This document shows, piece after piece, positions 40,060 through 48,487 of a stretch of DNA of 64,000 nucleotides (positions are counted from its first letter, which is position 1; every line of letters starts with the position of its first letter). A program made the position numbers and the translations under genes. The notes beneath the pieces are model-generated. The model did no database searches and had not been told where the DNA came from. It worked only from the letters and a program-made list of their open reading frames with translations. The stretch covers positions 442,098-506,097 of the forward strand of contig JABGXB010000002.1 in assembly GCA_018675975.1 (NCBI GenBank). The letters run 5' to 3'. This DNA is from Candidatus Woesearchaeota archaeon. GTDB lineage: Archaea; Nanobdellota; Nanobdellia; Woesearchaeales; JABGXB01.

Positions 40060-41835
40060 ATGGTAAGAATCGCTATTGTTGATAAGGAAAAATGTAGGGC
40101 TCCTACTGATTGTAATTATATTTGTATGCCTGTTTGTCCTATTAATAAAACTGGCGGGGAGTGTATTACAAAAGATGCACTTACAAATAAAATTAATATT
40201 GTTGAAGAAACGTGCATTGGTTGTAATATTTGTGTTCATAAATGTCCATTTAATGCAATTCAAATAATTAATTTACCTGAAATGATTAATAATATTCCAA
40301 TTCATAGATATAGTGAAAATGGTTTTGCTCTTTTTGGTTTACCTGTTCCTTCTTTTGGTAAGGTAATAGGTGTCCTTGGTAAAAATGGGATTGGTAAATC
40401 TACTGCAATAAAAATTCTTTCTGGTTTAATTAAACCAAATTTAGGTGAAGTTGGTACTGAAGCGGAAGTTTCAAAAATTATTAATTATTTTAAAGGTACT
40501 CCCGCCCATAAATATTTTGAAGATTTAAATTCGAGTAAAGTTACTGTTTCATATAAGCCTCAACAAGTTGAGTTAATTCCTGATCAATTTGATGGTACTG
40601 TTATTGATTTATTAAATAAAGTTAATGAAAATGATAAATTAAATTTATTAATTGATAAATTGGATTTAACTAATATTTTAAATAGAACATTAAAACAAAT
40701 TTCTGGTGGTGAGTTACAAAGAGTTGCTATTGCTGCTACTTTATTGAAAAAAGCTAATGTGTATATTTTTGATGAGCCGACTAGTTATTTAGATATTAAA
40801 CAAAGAATTAAAGTTAGTGATTTAATTCGTGATTTATGTACTGAAGATATTGCAATTCTTGTAATTGAACATGATTTAATTGCATTGGATTATATGACAG
40901 ATTTAATTTACATAATGTATGGTACTTCTTCTGCTTATGGTATTTTAAGTAGTGTGAAGTCAACTAAAGAGGGAATTAATGTTTATTTGTCTGGTTATAT
41001 TAAAGAAAATAATATGAGATTTAGAGATCATTCCATTAAATTTGAAAATTCTGCTCAAGAGGGATTACCAAAATTAGGTAATGTAATTGATTGGGATAAT
41101 ATTGATATTGAATTGGGTGATTTTAAACTTAAGGCCGAGAGCGGTGAAATTCTTAAAAGTAATTTATATGGTATTCTGGGTGAAAATGGTATTGGTAAAT
41201 CTACTTTTATGAGAGCTTTAGTTGGTGATGTGAAATTATCAAAAGGTAAAATAAATGGTAAAATAAAAGTTTCATATAAGCCACAATATCTTAATAGTGA
41301 TAGTTCAATTAATGTACTTGAATTATTAACTGATCAAATTGAACAATTTGGTTCACAAGAGTGGGAATATAATTATGAAATTCCTCTTGACTTAAAATCA
41401 TTATATGATAAAAAATTAAATGAATTATCTGGTGGTGAATTACAAAGACTATCAATTTCAATTTGTCTTGCAAAAGATGCAGACATATATTTACTTGATG
41501 AGCCTAGTAGTTATTTGGATGTTGAGCAAAGATTAGTTACAAGTAGATTAATTAAAGACAGATTAATTTCTATGGGTAAAACTGTATTAGTTATTGATCA
41601 CGATTTATTATTTGTAGATTATTTATGTAAAAGTATAATTATTTTTGACGGTATTCCATCTAAACAAGGTGAAATTCAAAGTCCATTATTTATGTCTGAA
41701 GGTATGAATGAATTTCTAAAAATATTAGATATAACCTTTAGGCGAGATGAAGAAAATAATAGGCCAAGAATAAATAAAAGAAATAGCGTATTAGATAAAA
41801 AACAAAGAGCAGAAGGGAATTTCTATTTTATTTGA
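40060..41835 (+). CDS. rli: Ribosome recycling ATPase ABCE1/RLI
   Basis: N-terminal Fe-S Cys motifs; two ABC domains with GKNGIGKST/GENGIGKST and SGGELQR. Confidence 0.97.
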   Translation: MVRIAIVDKEKCRAPTDCNYICMPVCPINKTGGECITKDALTNKINIVEETCIGCNICVHKCPFNAIQIINLPEMINNIPIHRYSENGFALFGLPVPSFGKVIGVLGKNGIGKSTAIKILSGLIKPNLGEVGTEAEVSKIINYFKGTPAHKYFEDLNSSKVTVSYKPQQVELIPDQFDGTVIDLLNKVNENDKLNLLIDKLDLTNILNRTLKQISGGELQRVAIAATLLKKANVYIFDEPTSYLDIKQRIKVSDLIRDLCTEDIAILVIEHDLIALDYMTDLIYIMYGTSSAYGILSSVKSTKEGINVYLSGYIKENNMRFRDHSIKFENSAQEGLPKLGNVIDWDNIDIELGDFKLKAESGEILKSNLYGILGENGIGKSTFMRALVGDVKLSKGKINGKIKVSYKPQYLNSDSSINVLELLTDQIEQFGSQEWEYNYEIPLDLKSLYDKKLNELSGGELQRLSISICLAKDADIYLLDEPSSYLDVEQRLVTSRLIKDRLISMGKTVLVIDHDLLFVDYLCKSIIIFDGIPSKQGEIQSPLFMSEGMNEFLKILDITFRRDEENNRPRINKRNSVLDKKQRAEGNFYFI

Positions 41836-42418
41836 GTAAATCATTAATTTTTTTATATAATTTATTATTATTATTTAATTGTAAAATTTGATATTTGAAG
41901 TCAATACTAAATAATTCATTTTTTAATAACTCAAGTATTTCTAAAAACATTTTTTCGAAATTAATTTTATTTTTTTTAAAAATTATTTTTTTGTGATTTA
42001 TTTTATCAAATACAATTTTTTCTTTTTTTGTAAAATTTCTATTTACTTTTACATTAATATGGGGTGATTTCTTCCCTTCATTTGTTTTAAAGTCTAAAAC
42101 GATATTAAATATTGTTTTTTCTATTATTATATTAAAAAAACAAACCCTACTGTCTTTTTCAAGTTTTTCAATCCCTGGACATTCAATATCAATATTTTTT
42201 TAATCAATTATTTCTATTAAAAAATTTTGAACTTCGTTTGAGTGTCTAGTATATATAATGTTTGAAGAAAAATCAAAAATTGTATTCTTATGTATTTCAT
42301 TTAATTCTCTAAATTTATGTCCAAAATCTTTTTTGATAATTTTAATATTTGGATTGACTCTGGATGTTTCTATTGACATATTTTCTGTATTTGCTTTACA
42401 TTTTATTAAACTTTGCAA
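41828..42418 (-). pseudogene. Hypothetical gene interrupted by one in-frame TAA
   Basis: 72 codons, TAA at 42200-42202, then 123 further sense codons in the same frame to TAA at 41828-41830. Confidence 0.5.
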
Positions 42419-42456
42419 ACCCTTAGCTTTTTAAATAAAAAAAATCACATTGTTTT

Positions 42457-43200
42457 ATGTTTTATAAAAAAGTATTATTTGATAAGAAAACGGACAAACG
42501 ATGGTTAGTCTCAAATTTAGATTCTGAGTATTCATGTAGCCATGGTTCAGTTTCAATTGAAGATTTAAATAAATCTTCTGGTTTAATAAAAACTAATACT
42601 GGATATGAATTATTTATTTGGGATGCTAATTTTTATGATAATTTCAGCAAATTAAAACGAGGTCCTGCATTAATTATTTCAAAAGATATTGGAGCAATTG
42701 TTATACATACTCTACCTAAACAAAATGGTGTTATTGTTGACGGTGGTTCTGGTTGTGGTGCTCTTGCTTGTTCAATGGGTTATTTATTTCCAAATGCAAA
42801 TATTTTTTCTTATGATAATAGAGAAGAACATATTAAAATTGCAAATAAAAATAAACAACAATTAGATATTAGTAATGTTGAATTTATTCATGGGGATTTG
42901 CAAAGTGATATTAAACAAAATGAAATAGATTTGTTAACTGTTGATATGCCTAATCCAGAACTGATTTTAAATTCAGCTAGTAAAAAATTAAATACTGGTT
43001 GTTTTATGGTTTGTTATTTGCCATGCATTACACAAGTTCAAACTTTAGTTGAAAGTCTAAATGATTTTGATTGTTTTTATCATCAAAAAACTATTGAACT
43101 TACTGAGCGAGAATGGAATGTTGAAGGTAAAAAGGTTAGACCAAAACCAGTTAGTATTGGTCATACTGCTTTTTTAGTTTTTATTAAAAAAATAAAATGA
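42457..43200 (+). CDS. trmI: tRNA (adenine-57/58-N1)-methyltransferase
   Basis: KRGPALIISKDIG, VDGGSGCGAL, VDMPNP, YLPCITQV, RP...IGHTAFL. Confidence 0.88.
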   Translation: MFYKKVLFDKKTDKRWLVSNLDSEYSCSHGSVSIEDLNKSSGLIKTNTGYELFIWDANFYDNFSKLKRGPALIISKDIGAIVIHTLPKQNGVIVDGGSGCGALACSMGYLFPNANIFSYDNREEHIKIANKNKQQLDISNVEFIHGDLQSDIKQNEIDLLTVDMPNPELILNSASKKLNTGCFMVCYLPCITQVQTLVESLNDFDCFYHQKTIELTEREWNVEGKKVRPKPVSIGHTAFLVFIKKIK

Positions 43201-43706
43201 AACTTAATGTTATTAATAAAAAAAAATATAATCCTTGTATTATGACAGGGTATAATTGTTTTGGTTGTTGTTCTGTTAATTTAACAAATATTAAAGAAGT
43301 AGAATGTGGTATTGATAAAAATACTAAAGAGTATTCTGAATTTAAAAATAATAATAAAGGTTTTAGAGATAGGTATGGAAAAGATGAATTAGACAAAAGT
43401 GGAATTTGTTTAAATTTAATTAGAAAAAATGATATTAATGAAAATGGTGTTTGTGCCATTTATCCTAAAGACAATACTGATGATTTGAGATTTGGTTATT
43501 GTAGTACTACATTTGAATGTGTAACTTTTATAAAAATACAAAATTGGAATGAAAAAAAAGTAAGTTTATTTAATTTTTTTATTAAGGAATTATTTGAACA
43601 AAATAAGTTGAACAAATTATCTTTTTCAAATGAAATGTATAATAATACGATTATAGATAAATTTGAATTATGGTTAAAAATAAATAATGAGAGAGATGGG
43701 ATTTGA
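43197..43706 (+). CDS. Cys-rich putative Zn/Fe-S-binding protein (YkgJ/CxxCxxCC-like)
   Basis: C.....NCFGCC...GICLNL...VCAIYP...R.GYC...FEC. Confidence 0.6.
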   Translation: MKLNVINKKKYNPCIMTGYNCFGCCSVNLTNIKEVECGIDKNTKEYSEFKNNNKGFRDRYGKDELDKSGICLNLIRKNDINENGVCAIYPKDNTDDLRFGYCSTTFECVTFIKIQNWNEKKVSLFNFFIKELFEQNKLNKLSFSNEMYNNTIIDKFELWLKINNERDGI

Positions 43707-43770
43707 ACCCACGAACCCGAAGGACTGGATTTTGAGTCCAGCGCATTTGACCAGGCTTTGCTACTCTCTC
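43688..43770 (-). tRNA. tRNA-Leu(CAA)
   Basis: GAGAGAG/CTCTCTC acceptor stem, CTGGA-CTCAAAA-TCCAG anticodon arm, long variable arm, GTGGG-TTCAAAT-CCCAT T arm; no encoded CCA, no intron. Confidence 0.95.
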
Positions 43771-43864
43771 GCGTATTAAATCAGAAAATTAATTCTTTTT
43801 AAATATATGTATATGTATACTTAAATATCTAAATATTTAAAATATGTTTTTTTTGTAAAATATT

Positions 43865-44575
43865 ATGAGAGTTACAAATATTGAATTAATTAAAATTGAT
43901 TGTCTTATTAGACATTCTTTGATTAATTATTCTAAATTTCATGATCGTAGATTAGAATTTGGTCTTTTTAATACAATGCAATATACTCCTGATGGACCAT
44001 ATACTGCAAAAACAACTGTGCCGGTTTCTTTTGATGGGAAAAATATTGGTGATATGAATATTATTGGTTTTAGTCCGTTTGATGGGACTGGTAATGATAG
44101 TTCTTATAATTTAAATCAAATAGATTTTGGTAAATTTAAAACGGACAATTATGATTTAAATTCATTAATTCCACGATCAAAACAAGATATTATTTGTGAG
44201 GGATATTTTCCTCTTTTTTCAATAAAGCAAAATGGAGATCATTTTTTTCATTTAACACAATTAAAAGAATTATTACTTAAAAAAAATGGTGATGAAAAAT
44301 ATAGTATAATTCCTAATTTTATGTTAGGTCCTGATAAAAAAACATTAGATTTGATTCTTTCTGGTGCAAGATCCCCAAAGCCAAGGGTATATTTTACAAC
44401 AGTTGATATAAATGGCATTGGAAGATTTGGTGATCCGCATTCTGTTTGTAGAACTTCTTCATTAGAAAAATATTTGCAAGTTGGTGGTTTTTTATCCATA
44501 AAAGATAAATGTAATCCCTTACTAAAATTAGCAAAAGAAAAATGGATATTGCCAAAAATGAAAAGGATGAGATAA
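43865..44575 (+). CDS. Hypothetical protein
   Basis: 236-aa ORF divergent from tRNA-Leu. Confidence 0.65.
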   Translation: MRVTNIELIKIDCLIRHSLINYSKFHDRRLEFGLFNTMQYTPDGPYTAKTTVPVSFDGKNIGDMNIIGFSPFDGTGNDSSYNLNQIDFGKFKTDNYDLNSLIPRSKQDIICEGYFPLFSIKQNGDHFFHLTQLKELLLKKNGDEKYSIIPNFMLGPDKKTLDLILSGARSPKPRVYFTTVDINGIGRFGDPHSVCRTSSLEKYLQVGGFLSIKDKCNPLLKLAKEKWILPKMKRMR

Positions 44576-44998
44576 TTATCTTCCTAAATTTTTTAATTTA
44601 GATTCAATATCATCTAATTCATTTTCTAAATCATTTAGATTTGTTTTTTTACTTTCATGTATATTTAATTGAGCTTCAGTATTTTTTTTTGTAGCTCTTT
44701 TAGAAATAGGTTTTTTTCTAATTGTGTGTTTATCTTCTTGTTTAGTAGTTTTTCTTTTTTCATTATATTGAAAATGTGTTTCTATTTTTGGTAATTCTTT
44801 TTTTAAATTTTCAATCAAATAATTAATGTCTTCAACTAATTTTTTTAATTCAATTATTTTTGTTATTTTTTGTGATCTTTTAGATTTTATCAATTCTATT
44901 CTTTGTAATATTTTAATTGTACCTTTTGTAGATTCTAAAATATTACGTCTTAATAATTGATGATCTTCTATTCCAACATAATAATCTGATTTTTTCAT
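44576..44998 (-). CDS. Coiled-coil protein (member 3 of paralog triplet)
   Basis: DYYVGIEDH motif then helices; C-terminal LNDLENELDDIESKLKNL. Confidence 0.7.
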   Translation of the reverse strand: MKKSDYYVGIEDHQLLRRNILESTKGTIKILQRIELIKSKRSQKITKIIELKKLVEDINYLIENLKKELPKIETHFQYNEKRKTTKQEDKHTIRKKPISKRATKKNTEAQLNIHESKKTNLNDLENELDDIESKLKNLGR

Positions 44999-45000
44999 TT

Positions 45001-45219
45001 TTAATTATTGAATAATATACTTTCACTTGTTTCAACTTTTTCTTCAATTTCTTCAATTTCGCTAAGCCATAATTCAATTTCACTATCTTCTTCTGCTTTT
45101 AAATTATTTATTTGATCGATTGTTGATTTTGCTTGATCTAATTTTGATCTAATTACGCTTATTATATCTACAATATCTTTATAGTCATCTATTTTGACAT
45201 AAATTGGTACATCTTTCAT
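45001..45219 (-). CDS. Small coiled-coil protein (member 2 of paralog triplet)
   Basis: PIYVKIDDY motif then a helical hairpin; AGGTGA RBS. Confidence 0.75.
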   Translation of the reverse strand: MKDVPIYVKIDDYKDIVDIISVIRSKLDQAKSTIDQINNLKAEEDSEIELWLSEIEEIEEKVETSESILFNN

Positions 45220-45224
45220 TTATT

Positions 45225-45851
45225 TCACCTTATTTCAAAAACAACTTTATCAATATAAAGTAATTTTTTTTGTAATTCTTCACATGTGCTTGCAAGTTTA
45301 TTTATTTTTGAATCTTCTTGATCTTTTATGTGTATTATTGAATTAAATTTAGATTCAATTACAGCCACATTTTTATTAATTGATTCTAAATCTTTAATCA
45401 TTTTTTCATGATCTTTAGTTTCAATAAAAATGGGCTCTACATTATTTCTATTATATTTTTTTTCTCTTTCTTTTAATTTTATGTTTTCTTCAATTTTTGA
45501 AAATAATTGTTCATTATTATTTATACTTTTTTGTGGAATGTCATGATTAACTGGAATTTGATTGTGTATTGGTTCATTATTTACAATATTTTGTGTATTG
45601 TGTTTAAATGAATTTAAATCTTGATTTGTATTTGTGTGATTGAAATCTTGAATTAATTCTTTATTTCTATTTTCGATATTATTTATGTCGGGTTCAACTT
45701 TTTCAAGACCTATCTTTCCAAAGTGAAAATTATTTTTAGATTCATTACTATTAGAACTTAAAACTGGTGCCTCTGGCATAGTTTCTAATAAATCCTTTTC
45801 ACTAAGTTCCTTGTCTTGATTCTTTTTGCCCAGAAAATCTAGAAATCCGAT
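45225..45851 (-). CDS. Coiled-coil protein with N-terminal amphipathic helix (member 1 of triplet), probable ATC start
   Basis: GAGGTTGA RBS, then ATC-GFLDFLGKK in frame with the ATG at 45779; PIFIETKDH motif near the C-terminus. Confidence 0.65.
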   Translation of the reverse strand: MGFLDFLGKKNQDKELSEKDLLETMPEAPVLSSNSNESKNNFHFGKIGLEKVEPDINNIENRNKELIQDFNHTNTNQDLNSFKHNTQNIVNNEPIHNQIPVNHDIPQKSINNNEQLFSKIEENIKLKEREKKYNRNNVEPIFIETKDHEKMIKDLESINKNVAVIESKFNSIIHIKDQEDSKINKLASTCEELQKKLLYIDKVVFEIR

Positions 45852-45977
45852 TTTTCAACCTCTTTTTTTTATTTTTTTTGTATATTTCTATTATTGTATG
45901 TAATCTTTTTAAATCTTATGTAAAGATTTCAATTTTATATCAACAATCTATATTTAAACCAAATGTATATTAACCAT

Positions 45978-47138
45978 ATGAAATTAAAAATAATATTAAT
46001 AATGGTGGCTATTTTTTTATCATTTTTACATATTAATGCATTAAATATAAGTAGTTCAAATTTTACTATTTTAAATAATAAATTGATTTTAGATGATTTT
46101 GAATTTGAAAATTTAAATTTAATTATAAAAAATAATACTTTTTTATTTGTAGAAACCTGTACTTATGCCCCTAGAATTAATGAAACATTTATTTGTATTA
46201 AAAATAAAAATATAAGTATTAGATATTTTAATTTGACTGAAACGATTGTTAATAATACAAATATAACTTATAATAATAATTTGAGTAATGATAATATTAG
46301 TAATAATATTCAAATAAATGTTTCAAATAATTCTAATTTGACAAATATAAGTATAAATAAAACAAATATTTTAATGAATGAATATTATGATTTTAATAAT
46401 AAAATTGTATATGAAATAAATATTTCTAATAATACAATTGATAAAAATGGAATTTATATTAATTTGAGTATAATAAATTATTTTGATATAAATAAAAATA
46501 TTGATTTAATTTATTATTTTTATAGACATTCTCAAAAATATTCTAAAGTTTATGATAAATCATTTATTGTAAATAGTCGGAATATTACTAAGATCTCTTT
46601 TAATTTATTTCCTGAAAGTATAAAAAATGATAATTTTAATTTGAAAATTAAATTAAAAAAAAGTGAACTTAAGACATTTAAGGAATTTAAATATGATATT
46701 TTTTTTATTAATAATTCAATTAAAGAAAATGATATTGATGAATTGGTGAACGTGTATATTCAAAATGATAGTAATGAAAATAAAATACAAATTAATGATA
46801 TAAATGAAATTAAGATAATTAATAATTCAAATAATTATAGTGAATTAAGTTCTTTTTTTGAGGAATATGGTGAAAATATAGAATTTATGGATGGTAATAA
46901 AATAAAATTAAAAAATAATGATATACTTTTAAATGAATTTAATCAAGTTATGCCATTATTAATGCAAAAATTTGAAATAGATGATAAATTAAATTCTAAA
47001 ATTAATTTAATGGATTTAGTTGAATCTAAAAAAAATATACAGTCTTTTATTTCATATAAGGTCATTATTGTGGGTTCTTTTTTAATTCTATTATTGAATT
47101 TTTTTGGTTTATTTAAAAAGAAATTTTTTGATTTTTAA
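45978..47138 (+). CDS. Asn-rich surface glycoprotein
   Basis: Signal peptide, many N-x-S/T sequons, C-terminal TM helix with KKK. Confidence 0.65.
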   Translation: MKLKIILIMVAIFLSFLHINALNISSSNFTILNNKLILDDFEFENLNLIIKNNTFLFVETCTYAPRINETFICIKNKNISIRYFNLTETIVNNTNITYNNNLSNDNISNNIQINVSNNSNLTNISINKTNILMNEYYDFNNKIVYEINISNNTIDKNGIYINLSIINYFDINKNIDLIYYFYRHSQKYSKVYDKSFIVNSRNITKISFNLFPESIKNDNFNLKIKLKKSELKTFKEFKYDIFFINNSIKENDIDELVNVYIQNDSNENKIQINDINEIKIINNSNNYSELSSFFEEYGENIEFMDGNKIKLKNNDILLNEFNQVMPLLMQKFEIDDKLNSKINLMDLVESKKNIQSFISYKVIIVGSFLILLLNFFGLFKKKFFDF

Positions 47139-47213
47139 ATGAATCTCATTTATAAATAAAAAATGTAAATTTTATCTCATTAAACTTATAAATTGAGTGT
47201 TTTTTGAAACAAT

Positions 47214-47675
47214 ATGGTTGATAGATTAGATAAAGACACAATTGAAAATTATTATTCTAAGGGATATTTACATATTCGATCTACTGTTACAATTATTGGT
47301 AGACCAAAAGAACATATAGAGGACACTTTGAGTAAATATTTAGAAAAGTTATTTGAAGATAATTCTATTGTATCTGTTCAAGTAGATTTATTTGAAGCAA
47401 AAGAAAGTGAAACAAATGATGGTTTTTATGAATGTTTTGCAGAGTTTGAAGCATTATTTGAAACTTTAGATAAGGTAACTCAATTTGTTATGAATTATTT
47501 GCCTGGTACAATTGAATTTATTTATCCTCAAAAATTAGAATTTTCAAATTTAGATGTGAATACGATGTTTACTAATTTATTACTTAAATTTCATCAAGTT
47601 GATAGGGCATTAAAAGTACAAATACTAGAAAATAAAAAATTAAAAAAAGAGGCCAATATTGAAGAACAAAATTGA
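47214..47675 (+). CDS. Conserved-looking hypothetical protein
   Basis: IIGRPKEHIE...FAEFE...YLPGTIEFIYP; overlaps the scpB start. Confidence 0.65.
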   Translation: MVDRLDKDTIENYYSKGYLHIRSTVTIIGRPKEHIEDTLSKYLEKLFEDNSIVSVQVDLFEAKESETNDGFYECFAEFEALFETLDKVTQFVMNYLPGTIEFIYPQKLEFSNLDVNTMFTNLLLKFHQVDRALKVQILENKKLKKEANIEEQN

Positions 47676-48477
47676 GGCGATTTTATTTGCTAGAGGTAAG
47701 ATTGTATCTATTGATGAATTAAAACTGTTATTAGATTCAGATGCAAGGCAAATTAATAAAGTAATTTCTCAATTACAAAAAGAGTATGATGCTCGAGATA
47801 CTAGTTTACAAATATTAAAATATCAAAATGGGTTTAAATTATCAGTTAAGTCAGATTATTTTGATTTAGTAAAAAATCTTATGCCTGAAACTGAAATGCC
47901 AAAAGCAGTAATTGAAACATTAGCAATCGTGGCTTGGAAACATCCAAAAATAACTCAATCCGAAATTATTCATATTCGTTCATCAAATGCTTATGATCAT
48001 TTAAAATATTTAGAAAAAAAAGGTTTTATTAAAAGAGAGCCTGAGGGTAAATCTAAACGTATTATTTTAACTAGTAAATTTTTTAATTATTTTGATATTG
48101 ATGATTTAAAAGCATTTCAAGAAAATTTGAATAAATATGATGAATTAGAAGATGCTTATAATAAAAAAATAAATGAAGTAAAAGATGAAGAATTAAAAAT
48201 TAAAACTTATAATAATTTAGTTAAAAAAGTTTTAAATGAAGAATCAAAAAAAATAGATAATTTGAAAAATAAAGATATGGATGATGTTTTAGATAAAGAA
48301 GAAGAAGATTTAAAATTAAAAGGTGTACAAGTTAAATTGGATGATTCTAAATCAATAGATTCGGAATTTTTATCAAAAAAAATAAATGAAGAACTTGAAA
48401 AAGAATATGTTGAATTAGAAATTAAAAAGAAAGAACTTCAAAAAGAATTTGACGAATTAGACGAGAAGAAAGAATAA
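47659..48477 (+). CDS. scpB: SMC-Scp complex subunit ScpB
   Basis: KIEAILFA, ETLAIVAWKHP..TQSEIIHIRS, LTSKFFNYF; TTG start after GAGG. Confidence 0.92.
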   Translation: MKNKIEAILFARGKIVSIDELKLLLDSDARQINKVISQLQKEYDARDTSLQILKYQNGFKLSVKSDYFDLVKNLMPETEMPKAVIETLAIVAWKHPKITQSEIIHIRSSNAYDHLKYLEKKGFIKREPEGKSKRIILTSKFFNYFDIDDLKAFQENLNKYDELEDAYNKKINEVKDEELKIKTYNNLVKKVLNEESKKIDNLKNKDMDDVLDKEEEDLKLKGVQVKLDDSKSIDSEFLSKKINEELEKEYVELEIKKKELQKEFDELDEKKE

Positions 48478-48487
48478 GTGTGATATT

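Noticed and set aside
42200..42202. Stop-codon reassignment as the explanation for the in-frame TAA
   Set aside because: TAA, TGA and TAG all terminate genes normally elsewhere in the window, and conserved genes are uninterrupted
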